Positions 38,103 to 48,337 are shown, counted from the stretch's first letter. The stretch is DNA of 64,000 bases from Candidatus Kaelpia imicola (GCA_030765505.1 JAVCCL010000018.1:1064-65063); one strand, 5' to 3'. The notes: generated by a model from the letters alone, not told the origin. Numbers and translations: made by a program.

Positions 38103-40517
38103 ATGGTAGATTCCAGCTGGAAAGTAGTCTATAACGGATTTGATCCTGAAGAAGAGTCTCTTCGGGAATCGATCTGCACTCTTGCAAACGGCTATATCGG
38201 GGTAAGAGGAGCTGCTTATGAGTCCGGTGCTTCGCGTATCCATTATCCCGGGTCTTATCTCGGGGGAGGTTATAATAAGCTCCCTACCAATATTGCGGGA
38301 AGGACTGTATACAATGAAGACCTTGTCAATATTCCAAACTGCCTGCCTATAACGTTTAAGATTGCAGGTAGTGACTGGTTCTCTCCTTCAAGAGCCAAGA
38401 TAAGATTTTATCGTCAGGAGCTTGATATCAGGCGCGGGGTCTTAAAGAGGGATATAAGGTTCCAGAACCGGCTGGGACATAAGACACATATAGAGAGTCT
38501 TAGAGTTGTAAGTATGGCCAATCCCCATCTAATAAGCTATAAATATATTATAACCCCGGAAAATTACAGCGGCTGGATTACTGTCAGGACTATGCTTGAC
38601 GGTGCGGTTATAAATGCAGGTGTTGAGCGCTATAGACAGCTTAACTCAAAACATCTGATTCCTGTATCTTTAGGAAAGTTCAGCTCTAATGGTGTCTATC
38701 TTGTAATGAAGACCTCTCAATCTAAGATTACAATTGCTCAAGCCTCAAAAGTCCGTGTCTTTACTTCTAGTGCTGAGAAGAGAGTCAATATAAAACATAT
38801 CAGCAGAGGTAAGGAGAGGATAGATCAGGTATTCAGGTTATATCTAAAGCAGGGCAGGTGTTATGAGATAGAGAAGGTAGTAGCGGTCTATACATCTAAA
38901 GATCAGGGAATAGAGGAGCCTCTGGATTCTGCAATTCACTTGGTTAGGAGAGTATCAAAGTTTGAGAGCGTTCTAAAACCCCACGAGAGTCTCTGGGATG
39001 ATCTGTGGAGGAAGTTTGATATTCAGATTGATAGCGATATCTTCTCTCAGAAAGTATTAAGGCTCCACATCTTCCACCTTCTTCAGTCGGCCTCAGCTCA
39101 TATCACAAAGATAGATGCCGGCCTTCCTGCTAGAGGTTTACATGGCGAGGCATATAGGGGTCATATCTTCTGGGACGGGATATTTGCGATGGCGCTGTAT
39201 GACCTTCATCTGCCTGAGATATCTGAGTCTCTCCTGCTCTATCGCTACAGGAGATTGGATTGGGCTAGAAAGTATGCCAGAAGAGAGAAGGCCAAAGGAG
39301 CAATGTTTCCCTGGCAGAGCGGCTCAACGGGAGAAGAGGAGACCCAGATTGTCCACCTCAATCCCTTATCGGGTGAGTGGGGCCCGGACTACAGCCGTAA
39401 CCAGCGCCATGTCTCACTTGCAATTGCCTATAACGTTTGGCGTCATTATATGAAGACAAAGGATGCCGGCTTTCTTGCAGATTACGGAGCTGAGCTGATA
39501 CTCTCTATTGCCAGGTTCTTTGCCTCGATATCTAAGTTTGATCAGGAAGACGGCAGGTACCATATTGAGGGTGTTATGGGCCCGGATGAATTCCATGAGA
39601 AGTATTCAGATTCAGAAGAAGCGGGTTTAAAAGATAATGCCTATACGAATCTTATGACTGTCTGGCTGCTTATAAGAGCAAAGGAGACATTAAGTATCCT
39701 CTCATCTCAAGATAGACGCCGAATATCACGCAAGATAGGTTTTAAGAAAGAAGAGCTTGCGCTTTGGGAAGATATTACCCAGAAGATGAATGTTATCATA
39801 AATGAAGATGGTATTATTGCGCAGTTCGATGGCTACTTCGGGCTTAAGGAGCTTGATTGGGATAAGTATCGTGAAAGCTATGAGAGCATAGAGCGTCTGG
39901 ACAGGATTCTTAAAGCCGAAGGTAAGTCTCCTGATGATTATAAAGTAACTAAACAGGCTGATCTTCTGATGTTTTTCTATCTATTGAATTTGGCAGAGGT
40001 AAAAGAGATATTTAATAATCTGGGTTATGAATTCAGTAAAGATACTCTGAATAAAAACTATAAATATTATGTTAAGCGTACTTCTCATGGTTCTACCTTA
40101 AGCAAAGTAGTACACTGTTATATTGCTCACCTTTTGAATAAACCTAAAGAGACCTGGAGATGGTTCAATGAGGTGCTGGAGTCCGATATCTTTGATATTC
40201 AGAGCGGTACAACCTCTGAGGGAATACATATCGGTGTTATGGGCGGCTCTATAGATATTGTATTGCGCGGTTTTATAGGTTTAAGTGTTTTGAAGGATAG
40301 AATTAAACTCAACCCCCGTATTCCAAGGCGATGGCAGAGGATAAAATTTAGGATTAACTACAGAGGCAGCTGGATAACTTTCTCTGTAACAAATAGGCAG
40401 GTTATTGTCTTTGTTCAGGGGCCTAAGAATAAGATCTTTCCTACAGCTATTGAGATTGGTTCTAAGACTTACAGTGTTATCTATGGAAAACGCTCTAGAT
40501 TTACTATTAAGAATTAA
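38103..40517 (+). CDS. Glycoside hydrolase family 65 phosphorylase (second copy; trehalose/trehalose-6-P/kojibiose phosphorylase-like)
   Basis: GEAYRGHIFWDGIFAMALYDLHLPE catalytic motif and the same domain order as the 5835-8186 copy. Starts 2 nt after the upstream fusion gene. Confidence 0.88.
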   Translation: MVDSSWKVVYNGFDPEEESLRESICTLANGYIGVRGAAYESGASRIHYPGSYLGGGYNKLPTNIAGRTVYNEDLVNIPNCLPITFKIAGSDWFSPSRAKIRFYRQELDIRRGVLKRDIRFQNRLGHKTHIESLRVVSMANPHLISYKYIITPENYSGWITVRTMLDGAVINAGVERYRQLNSKHLIPVSLGKFSSNGVYLVMKTSQSKITIAQASKVRVFTSSAEKRVNIKHISRGKERIDQVFRLYLKQGRCYEIEKVVAVYTSKDQGIEEPLDSAIHLVRRVSKFESVLKPHESLWDDLWRKFDIQIDSDIFSQKVLRLHIFHLLQSASAHITKIDAGLPARGLHGEAYRGHIFWDGIFAMALYDLHLPEISESLLLYRYRRLDWARKYARREKAKGAMFPWQSGSTGEEETQIVHLNPLSGEWGPDYSRNQRHVSLAIAYNVWRHYMKTKDAGFLADYGAELILSIARFFASISKFDQEDGRYHIEGVMGPDEFHEKYSDSEEAGLKDNAYTNLMTVWLLIRAKETLSILSSQDRRRISRKIGFKKEELALWEDITQKMNVIINEDGIIAQFDGYFGLKELDWDKYRESYESIERLDRILKAEGKSPDDYKVTKQADLLMFFYLLNLAEVKEIFNNLGYEFSKDTLNKNYKYYVKRTSHGSTLSKVVHCYIAHLLNKPKETWRWFNEVLESDIFDIQSGTTSEGIHIGVMGGSIDIVLRGFIGLSVLKDRIKLNPRIPRRWQRIKFRINYRGSWITFSVTNRQVIVFVQGPKNKIFPTAIEIGSKTYSVIYGKRSRFTIKN

Positions 40518-40590
40518 TCTTAGCTAAAATAGCTGTATAAAAAACGAAATAGTCATATAATGTAGCATATATAATATAAAGGAATAAGGG

Positions 40591-41511
40591 ATGGCTGTAT
40601 TCAACAATATTTCAGAGACTGTTGGAGGAACACCGCTTTTGAGATTGTCTAATATCTCAAACGGTTTAGATCTGGAGATAGTTGCCAAACTTGAATACCG
40701 TAATCCTACTCTGAGCATTAAAGATAGAGCTGCTCTCTCTATGATAGATAGAGCCCGGGAAGAAGGACTTATAGATAGAGATACGACTATTGTTGAGGCT
40801 AGCAGCGGAAATACCGGTATCGCCCTGGCTTCTATAGCTGCCTGGTGTGGTTATAAGCTGATTCTTGTTATGCCTGAAAATATGTCGGATGAGCGCAAAT
40901 ATCTTTTAGAGCTTTTGGGGGCGGAATTAGTGCTTACGCTATCCGAGGAAGGTATCCGGGGCGCGATTAGAAAGGCGGAGGATATCTCTTCTGAGATTGA
41001 GAACTCTTTTTTCATAAACCAGTTTAAAAATGCTGCCAATCCGGAAGCCCATTACAAAAATACTGCAGAGGAGATATTAAAAGATTTGGATTCTAAGCTG
41101 GATATTCTGGTTGCCGGTGTTGGGACAGGCGGTACCATTACAGGGATTGGTGAGTGCTTGAAAGAGAGAGTCAAAGATATTAAGATTATAGCTGTTGAGC
41201 CGGAGAGTTCTGCTGTATTATCAGGTACTAGCCCTGGAGCTCACAGCATAGAAGGAATAGGAGCAGGTTTTATTCCTGATATTTTAAAAAGAGAGTTGAT
41301 AGATGAGATAATTAAAGTCAGTGATGGAGATGCATTTTTGATGGTTGCCGAACTTGCAAAGCGTGAAGGAGTATTAGCCGGGCCCTCTTCCGGAGCGGCC
41401 TTAGCAGCTGCTCTTGAAGTTGCGAAGAGAGAGAGCAGTAAGGGTAAAAGAATAGTTGTTATTTTTCCTGATAGTATTGAGAGATATATTTCAGAATTTA
41501 AGAGAGAGTAA
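40591..41511 (+). CDS. Cysteine synthase family PLP enzyme (CysK/CysM-like)
   Basis: PLP-lysine motif PTLSIKDRAALSMI and Gly-rich loop GVGTGGTITG. Confidence 0.85.
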   Translation: MAVFNNISETVGGTPLLRLSNISNGLDLEIVAKLEYRNPTLSIKDRAALSMIDRAREEGLIDRDTTIVEASSGNTGIALASIAAWCGYKLILVMPENMSDERKYLLELLGAELVLTLSEEGIRGAIRKAEDISSEIENSFFINQFKNAANPEAHYKNTAEEILKDLDSKLDILVAGVGTGGTITGIGECLKERVKDIKIIAVEPESSAVLSGTSPGAHSIEGIGAGFIPDILKRELIDEIIKVSDGDAFLMVAELAKREGVLAGPSSGAALAAALEVAKRESSKGKRIVVIFPDSIERYISEFKRE

Positions 41512-41523
41512 AAGGAGAGCTAG

Positions 41524-42726
41524 ATGGTTAAGACGATAACGGATATCAATAAGAGGATAAAGAAGGGCAAGGCTGTTGTTGTAACGGCTGATGAGATGAT
41601 ATCTATTGTTAAGGAGAGAGGCCTTAGAAAGGCTGCAGCTGATATAGATGTTGTGACAACAGGAACATTTGCTCCGATGTGTTCATCCAGCATCTATCTT
41701 AATCTGCCTCAGCCGGCGCCGAAGATAAAACTTGGCGGGGGAAAGGTCTATCTAAACGGAGTAGAGGCTTATGCGGCTTTAGCGGCGGCCGATATATCTC
41801 TTGGAGCCAATGCGTTACCCAGCGATGATCCCAGGAATAAAGTCTATCCTGGTGAGTTTAAATACGGCGGCGGCCATCTTATTGAAGATCTAGTGAGGAG
41901 AGAGGAGATAAAACTAGAGGCATCTGCCTATGGGACTGACTGTTATCCAAGGAGAGAGCTGGCAATAAAGATAAGATTGAAGGATCTAAACGAAGCTGTA
42001 CTCTTTAACCCCCGCAACTGTTATCAGAACTATAACGTTGCTGTAAATCTCTCCAAAGATATTATCTATACATATATGGGTGTTCTAAAGCCTTCTCTGG
42101 GCAATGCAAATTACTGCAGTGCCGGAGAGCTCTCACCTCTGTTGAACGACCCTTACTATAAGACCATAGGGATAGGTACCAGAATATTCTTAGGCGGCGG
42201 AGAGGGTTATATATCTTTCTGGGGTACTCAGCATAACCCGACAGTTAAGAGAAGTAAAAAAGGAATACCGGTATCTCCTGCTGCTACTATTGCCGTTATA
42301 GGGGACCTGAAGAAGATGAGTCCAAAATGGATTAAAGGTATTAGTATGCTCGGTTACGGCGCATCTCTTGCGGTAGGCATTGGTATACCGATACCTGTTT
42401 TAAATACAGATATCGCGCGTTATACATCAATCTCAGATAAAGATATCTGGACTAAGGTTATAGATTACAGTAAGGCCTATCCTAAAGGAATCAGCGGTTT
42501 CCTTGAGAGAGTAAACTATGCTCAGCTAAGGTCCGGTAAGATAAAGATAAACAATAAAGATGTTCCTACAGCTTCGCTCTCAAGTTATAGTAAGGCTAAA
42601 GAGATTGCCCTGACTTTAAAAGATAGAATAGAGAAGAAGAGATTTTTGCTCACAGAGAGAGTTCAGGCTTTTCCGGATGAGAACTCCGGTTATAGTTATA
42701 AGAGTCTTAAGATTAAGAGGTTCTGA
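41524..42726 (+). CDS. COG1900/DUF39-like protein (homocysteine-biosynthesis sulfur-incorporation enzyme family), without CBS domains
   Basis: N-terminus ...INKRIKKGKAVVVTADEM... and IDVVTTGTFAPMCSS resemble the DUF39 (MA1821/MJ0100-type) family from memory. It sits between a CysK-like gene and mnmA. The assignment is tentative. Confidence 0.45.
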   Translation: MVKTITDINKRIKKGKAVVVTADEMISIVKERGLRKAAADIDVVTTGTFAPMCSSSIYLNLPQPAPKIKLGGGKVYLNGVEAYAALAAADISLGANALPSDDPRNKVYPGEFKYGGGHLIEDLVRREEIKLEASAYGTDCYPRRELAIKIRLKDLNEAVLFNPRNCYQNYNVAVNLSKDIIYTYMGVLKPSLGNANYCSAGELSPLLNDPYYKTIGIGTRIFLGGGEGYISFWGTQHNPTVKRSKKGIPVSPAATIAVIGDLKKMSPKWIKGISMLGYGASLAVGIGIPIPVLNTDIARYTSISDKDIWTKVIDYSKAYPKGISGFLERVNYAQLRSGKIKINNKDVPTASLSSYSKAKEIALTLKDRIEKKRFLLTERVQAFPDENSGYSYKSLKIKRF

Positions 42727-42750
42727 TACTCTTCTATTTTAATTTAAGTT

Positions 42751-43806
42751 ATGAAAACTCCTTCTGTGTTAGTTGCAATGAGCGGCGGTCTTGATTCATC
42801 TTTAGCAGCATTCCTACTAAAGAGAGACGGCTATAGAGTAGAAGGGGTAACCATGCTTTTAAATAGTGACCCCTCTCTTGATTCTAAGCCCGGAGGCAGT
42901 GAGTCGCTTAAAGATGCTAAACAGGTTGCAGACTATCTGGGCATAGAGCATAGAGTATTAGAGCTGTCAAAAGAGTTTAAAGAGAAGATTGTAGCTTACT
43001 TTATATCTGAATATCTTAGTGCCAAAACCCCCAATCCCTGCATCTACTGCAATAGTATATTTAAGTTCGGTTATCTGTTCGATTGGGCAATGGGAGAGGG
43101 TTTTGATTATCTTGCTACGGGCCACTTTGCAGCTATTAAAGAAGCAAAAGGCAGACTCTTCTTAAGAAAAGCGAAGGATAGATCCAGGGACCAGAGTTAT
43201 TTTCTCTATGCCGTAGATAGAGAGTCTCTCTCTAAGATATTATTTCCTCTCTCTGATTATAGCAAGGAAGAGCTTTTGAGTATTGCAGAGAGAGAGAGTA
43301 TCCCTCTCTGTAGGAAGAGGTCCAGTCAGGATATCTGCTTTATTCCGGATAATAATTATCGTAACTTCATAAAAGGTTATCTAAGTCAGGAAGAGGGTGA
43401 TATTGCGGATTTAGATGGTAATATTTTAGGCAGACATAAAGGGTTAGCCCTTTATACGGTGGGCCAGCGTGAAGGTTTAGGTATTAGTAAAGGTACCCCG
43501 CTCTATGTCTATAGCATTGATCCGGCCAATAATAGGATTACTGTTGGAGAGAGAGAAGATTTAGAAGCAGAAGGTCTCATTGCCCGCTCTTTAAATATGT
43601 TTGATTCTGATTTAGAGGCTGAAGTTTTTGCTAAGATTCGCTACAATCATCGGCCTGTAAGGTGTACAATATGCAAAATTGAATCCGGGAGAGTTAAGGT
43701 TTTATTCTCCCAAAGGCAGTTTGCGGTCACTCCCGGACAGGCTGTTGTCTTTTATAGAGATGACTATCTCTTAGGCGGAGGAGTTATAGAGGAGGCTGTA
43801 AGGTGA
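42751..43806 (+). CDS. mnmA: tRNA-specific 2-thiouridylase MnmA
   Basis: PP-loop SGGLDSS, conserved Cys residues and a C-terminal beta-barrel region. Confidence 0.88.
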   Translation: MKTPSVLVAMSGGLDSSLAAFLLKRDGYRVEGVTMLLNSDPSLDSKPGGSESLKDAKQVADYLGIEHRVLELSKEFKEKIVAYFISEYLSAKTPNPCIYCNSIFKFGYLFDWAMGEGFDYLATGHFAAIKEAKGRLFLRKAKDRSRDQSYFLYAVDRESLSKILFPLSDYSKEELLSIAERESIPLCRKRSSQDICFIPDNNYRNFIKGYLSQEEGDIADLDGNILGRHKGLALYTVGQREGLGISKGTPLYVYSIDPANNRITVGEREDLEAEGLIARSLNMFDSDLEAEVFAKIRYNHRPVRCTICKIESGRVKVLFSQRQFAVTPGQAVVFYRDDYLLGGGVIEEAVR

Positions 43807-44708
43807 ATTTAGTAGAGAGAATAAGAGAGTTAAAAAAGCAGAAGAGAGCGGTAATACTTGCCCATAACTACCAGCTGCCTGAGATTCAGGATGCTGCAGA
43901 CTATCTGGGCGACTCTTTAGGTTTAAGCATCAAGGCCTCTGAAACAGATGCTGATATTATAGTCTTCTGCGGGGTTAAGTTCATGGCTCAGACAGCCAAG
44001 ATGTTATCTCCCGATAAATTAGTTCTCTTACCCGATATCGATGCCGGCTGCCCTATGGCTGATATGATAACAGCTTCTGAGTTAGAAACTCTTAAGTTTA
44101 CTCACCCGGATGCTAAAGTACTCTGTTACGTAAATACCTCTGCGGAGGTAAAAGCCTACTCCGATATCTGCTGTACATCCGCAAACTCTGTTAAGATAGT
44201 CAGGAAGGCTTTTCTAAAAGAGGATGAGGTGATATTTGTCCCGGATAAGAATCTTGCTTTATATACTAAAAGAGAGACCGGGCGTGACTTTATCATTTGG
44301 GATGGATATTGTCCTATCCACGCAGATATAACTGAAGAGAATGTAGAGAGAGCCAGGAGAGAACATCCGGATGCTGATTTAATTGTTCACCCTGAATGCA
44401 GCCCCGAAGTGATAGATTTAGCAGACGGAGTCTACTCTACGTCCGGCATGTCAAGATATGTGAAAGAATCAGATAAAGAAAGCTTTATTATCGGTACTGA
44501 AGTAGGAATGCTGTATAGATTAAAAGAGGATAATCCTCAGAAGGAGTTCTATCCTTTATCGGAGAAGGCGGTATGTCTGGATATGAAAAAGATTACCTTA
44601 GAGAGACTGCTCAGCTCTTTAGAAGATGAGTCGGGGAGTATAGAATTGGAAGTAGAGATAGTAGAGAGAGCAAAAGGCAGTATCGACAGGATGTTAAAAT
44701 ATAGATAG
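43803..44708 (+). CDS. nadA: Quinolinate synthase
   Basis: ILAHNYQLPEIQDAADYLGDSLGLS N-terminus and conserved Cys ligands. 301 aa. Confidence 0.88.
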   Translation: MNLVERIRELKKQKRAVILAHNYQLPEIQDAADYLGDSLGLSIKASETDADIIVFCGVKFMAQTAKMLSPDKLVLLPDIDAGCPMADMITASELETLKFTHPDAKVLCYVNTSAEVKAYSDICCTSANSVKIVRKAFLKEDEVIFVPDKNLALYTKRETGRDFIIWDGYCPIHADITEENVERARREHPDADLIVHPECSPEVIDLADGVYSTSGMSRYVKESDKESFIIGTEVGMLYRLKEDNPQKEFYPLSEKAVCLDMKKITLERLLSSLEDESGSIELEVEIVERAKGSIDRMLKYR

Positions 44709-44737
44709 TATGTTTTAATAGGGTGTTTTGTAGTTAT

Positions 44738-44785
44738 ATACCATGAAATATTAACTTGCAATAGTTAAATTTCATGGTGTATTAA
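44738..44785 (+). promoter_or_regulatory. Second copy of the palindromic operator/promoter (ACCATGAAAT ... ATTTCATGGT around TTGCAA)
   Basis: ATACCATGAAATA (44738-44750) and ATTTCATGGT (44769-44778) flank a TTGCAA -35-like hexamer. It has the same architecture as 33653-33698 and lies directly upstream of the paralogous ATPase gene. Confidence 0.45.
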
Positions 44786-44789
44786 TAAT

Positions 44790-45941
44790 ATGATTGAACG
44801 GAAGAAGGTTATAGATCGTATTACCGGAGCTTTAAACAGGGGGCGGATAGTCTCATTGCTGGGACCTCGCCAGTGTGGAAAAACAACTCTAGCTTGATAT
44901 TTTGCACAACCAGGATCATCTCTGTACTTTGATCTTGAGGATCCTGTTGACAGTGCAAAGATGATAGAGCCTAAAAATGTTTTAGAGAACCTTAAAGGAA
45001 CGGTTGTTATAGACGAGATTCAGCATCAGCCGGAGTTGTTTCCTCTTTTGCGGGTTTTGGCGGATAGAGCTCCATTGCCTGCTAAGTTTCTTATTCTCGG
45101 CAGTGCATCGCCCGATCTGGTCAAAGGCTCTTCTGAATCATTAGCCGGGAGAGTAGAGCGCATTCAGATAGGAGGGTTCTCTTTAGATGAGATTGGTGAG
45201 GAAAACTTTGAATCTCTTTGGCTGCGCGGAAGGCTGCCCCGGCCGTTTCTTGCTGATACAGATGATGAAAGTTTTATTTGGCTGAAAGAGTATACGCAGA
45301 GTTTTGTAGAGAGAGACCTTCCATTGCATGGGCTCTCTTTACCGCCTATGACGCTGTTGCGGTTTTGGACTATGCTGGCGCATTATCATGGGCAAGTTTT
45401 CAATGCCAGCGAAATAGCTCGTTCTTTAGGGATAAGCGTGATGACAGTTAAACGTTATCTGGATGTATTGACAGGTGTTTTTATGATTAGGCAGGTACAG
45501 CCATGGTTTGGAAATATTAAAAAGCGCCAAGTAAAATCTCCAAAGATTTATTTTTATGATACGGGTATTTTGCATTCTCTTCTAGGAATAGGGACGAAGA
45601 ATGATCTATCGGCTCACCCAAAGTACGGTGCTTCTTGGGAGGGTTTTGTCATGGAAGAGATTATTAATTCAGTTAAGCTTCATGAGGTTTATTTTTGGAG
45701 GACACATCAAGGGGCGGAGATTGATTTAATATTTAACAAGGGCGGGCGAATGTATGGTGTTGAGATCAAACGTGCTGATGCACCGGTTATGACACCATCA
45801 ATGCGTATTGCTCTAGAAGATTTAAAACTCAAGCGCATTGCCGTCATCTATCCCGGGAATCGGCACTATTCTATTCACAGGCAGATTGATGTTGTGCCGT
45901 TTAATGAGATTTTAGGCGGGATGGAGGGGCTGTTTAGGTAA
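44790..45941 (+). pseudogene. AAA+ ATPase DUF4143 family, copy 2, with an in-frame TGA at 44895-44897
   Basis: MIERKKVIDRITGALNRGRIVSLLGPRQCGKTTLA*YFAQPGSSLYFDLED...: the Walker A segment and the rest of the protein (track ORF 44961-45941) share one frame. They are broken only by TGA where family members usually carry Arg (CGA). Confidence 0.7.
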
Positions 45942-46050
45942 CGGAGGCCTCTTCTCACTTGCTATGAGAGGCAGCCTTTTTGATAAGGATGCCTCTTTTA
46001 TAGTGAGCTGATTCTTAATAAAAACAATTATTTTTTAATAATTATTATTG

Positions 46051-46078
46051 TTGACAAAAAATGTTCTTATGGTAGTAT
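46051..46078 (+). promoter_or_regulatory. Candidate sigma70-type promoter for fur (TTGACA-16-TAGTAT), giving a leaderless or very short-leader transcript
   Basis: TTGACA at 46051-46056 and TAGTAT at 46073-46078. The likely Fur ATG is at 46087. Confidence 0.4.
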
Positions 46079-46086
46079 TCTTGCCT

Positions 46087-46500
46087 ATGGGAGAGAGCCT
46101 TAAGTCTTTAAATGGAGCCGGGATCAGGATAACCCCTCAGAGGCTTGCGGTATATAAGGTCTTAAATGAAGGCAGCCATTCCAGAGCCGACTTTATATAC
46201 AAGAGAGTAAAAAAGCGGTCTCCTTCGATATCCTTTGCTACGGTCTATACGATACTGCAGTTCTTCAAGAGCAAGGGGCTGATATCAGAGAGCAGGATAG
46301 ATTTTGAAAGGTCTACCTTTGAGATCAGGACTGATTCTCACCACCATTTTATGTGTAAAGAGTGCAGAAATATTTTTGATATCGATATACCGCCATGCAG
46401 TGCTCTTAAGAAGATGAAAGCAGCCGGCCTTTATATCGAGAGTTTTCAGGGTTATTTCTATGGGCTATGTAAAGAGTGCAGGAGTAAGAGAGATGCTTGA
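46087..46500 (+). CDS. fur: Fur family transcriptional regulator
   Basis: N-terminal RITPQRLAVYKVL DNA-binding helix and C-terminal HHHF...CKEC...CKEC metal sites. The track start at 46048 is a TTG inside the promoter, so the ATG at 46087 is preferred. Confidence 0.75.
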   Translation: MGESLKSLNGAGIRITPQRLAVYKVLNEGSHSRADFIYKRVKKRSPSISFATVYTILQFFKSKGLISESRIDFERSTFEIRTDSHHHFMCKECRNIFDIDIPPCSALKKMKAAGLYIESFQGYFYGLCKECRSKRDA

Positions 46501-47209
46501 GATCAAAAACCTTAAAGTTAGCATTGAAGATAAAGATATCATTAAAAACGTATCCCTCTTTTTAGAGCAGGATGACGTGATGATCCTCTTTGGCCCAAAC
46601 GGCAGCGGTAAGAGTACACTTATTAAGACAATAATGGGTTTTAGCGGCTATAAGCTTAAAGGCGGAGAGATAATATTTGATTCTAAAGACCTTAAGTCTC
46701 TTTCAATAGATAAAAGAGTGAAGCTTGGAATAGGGATAATGTATCAGCATCCTCCTCAGATACGGGGAGTAAGATTAGGCCGGTTAGCAGAGTATCTATC
46801 TTCTGATAAGGATAGAATAGCTGAGCTCTCTAGAGAGCTGTCATTAGATCAGCATCTTGAACGTGAGATAAATATGGGCTTCTCAGGCGGTGAGATGAAG
46901 AGGGCTGAGCTTTTTCAGATTCTGCTTCAGCGCCCATCTCTTCTTCTTCTGGATGAGCCTGAGTCCGGGGTGGATATAGAGAATATCTCTATAATGGGTA
47001 AGGCTATTAACAGCTATCTTAAGGAGAGCCATGCTCAGGCTTTGATTATAACCCATACCGGATATATCTTGGATTATATAGATGTTGTTAAGTCATCTGT
47101 TATGGTCGATGGTCAGATATCATGTTCAGGAAAGCCTCGGGATATATTTAAATTTATACAGGAACATGGTTATGAGAGATGCAGGGAGTGTAAATGTCCG
47201 AGTCAATAG
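46493..47209 (+). CDS. sufC: Fe-S cluster assembly ATPase SufC
   Basis: Walker A GPNGSGKSTL, ABC signature-like FSGGEMKR and Walker B LLLLDEPESG. Confidence 0.85.
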   Translation: MLEIKNLKVSIEDKDIIKNVSLFLEQDDVMILFGPNGSGKSTLIKTIMGFSGYKLKGGEIIFDSKDLKSLSIDKRVKLGIGIMYQHPPQIRGVRLGRLAEYLSSDKDRIAELSRELSLDQHLEREINMGFSGGEMKRAELFQILLQRPSLLLLDEPESGVDIENISIMGKAINSYLKESHAQALIITHTGYILDYIDVVKSSVMVDGQISCSGKPRDIFKFIQEHGYERCRECKCPSQ

Positions 47210-48294
47210 ATAGAAAGATAGCTAAGGAAGATCTGGATAATATGTCTCTCTCGGGGCTGGATAAGAACGAAGAGAACCGTGGAGGCAGTTTTATCCAGCA
47301 GGATAATGAACTGCTTATATCTCATAGTCTCTTTAAAGGTGTTGAGATATTGAGCATAGAAGAGGCTTTAGATAAGTACCCGGAGGTTAGAGAGCTTCAT
47401 GGTTCAGCTTTCGGTTATCTTGACAAGGAGTTTCCCAAGGATACAGAGGGCGGCTATTTTATAAGAGTAGAGAGAGGCAAGAGAGTAGAGCTGCCTATTC
47501 AGGCATGTCTATATCTAAAGAAGAAGAATTTCAAACAGAGAGTACATAACATAATAATCATTGAAGAGGGAGCCAGTGCTCACCTTATAACAGGCTGCGC
47601 GGCATCAAAAGCAACCAGCGAGGCAGAACATCTGGGGGTATCAGAGTTCTATGTTAAGAAGAACGGCTACCTTAATTTCAGCATGATACATTCCTGGCAT
47701 AAAGATATCAGCGTAAAACCTATCAGCGCAGCTATAGTAGAAGAGAGCGGCAGCTTTATATCCAATTATGTCTCTCTGCGGCCTGTTAAGGATATCTCCA
47801 TGTATCCAACGGCTATCCTTAAAGGTTCCGGCAGCAGAGCCTCTTTTAACTCTCTTATTCTCTCGCACCCCGGAACTATTCAGGATATAGGCAGCCGTGT
47901 TGTACTTAAATCTTCTAATACGTCAGCTGAGATAACGTCCCGGGTTGTGAGTTTAGGCGGAAAGGTTATTGTAAGAGGCAATCTTAAAGCCGAGGCTAAA
48001 GATGTAAAGGCTCATCTTGAATGCCGTGGATTGATAATAAATGAGTGCGGCATTATTCGTGCGGTACCGGAGATAGAGACAGAGTTTAGAGATGTAGAGA
48101 TCTCTCATGAAGCTGCAATTGGGAAGATAAGCAGAGAGGAGATAGAGTATCTCTGTTCCCGCGGCTTTAGCCATGAAGAGGCTCAATCTATTATTGTAAG
48201 AGGTTTTATGGATATTGAGATACTGGCTTTGCCGGATATTTTAAAGAGAGAGATAAGAGAGCTTGAAGATAAGACCCTCCAGGGGAGTCTCTAG
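47194..48294 (+). CDS. SufB/SufD family Fe-S assembly protein
   Basis: SufBD beta-helix core. At 366 aa it is more SufD-like in length. Overlaps the sufC stop. Confidence 0.78.
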   Translation: MSESIDRKIAKEDLDNMSLSGLDKNEENRGGSFIQQDNELLISHSLFKGVEILSIEEALDKYPEVRELHGSAFGYLDKEFPKDTEGGYFIRVERGKRVELPIQACLYLKKKNFKQRVHNIIIIEEGASAHLITGCAASKATSEAEHLGVSEFYVKKNGYLNFSMIHSWHKDISVKPISAAIVEESGSFISNYVSLRPVKDISMYPTAILKGSGSRASFNSLILSHPGTIQDIGSRVVLKSSNTSAEITSRVVSLGGKVIVRGNLKAEAKDVKAHLECRGLIINECGIIRAVPEIETEFRDVEISHEAAIGKISREEIEYLCSRGFSHEEAQSIIVRGFMDIEILALPDILKREIRELEDKTLQGSL

Positions 48295-48337
48295 GCGGAT
48301 TTTATAAAAGAACAAGAGGTTAAAAAAGGAGAGAGGG

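Noticed and set aside
44895-44897. Possibility that the TGA (and the TAA/TAG lesions) reflect stop-codon reassignment or selenocysteine/pyrrolysine
   Set aside because: TGA, TAA and TAG all terminate many intact, well-conserved genes in the window at the expected positions. No SECIS-like context was seen. The expected residue at the TGA is Arg (CGA), consistent with a point mutation.
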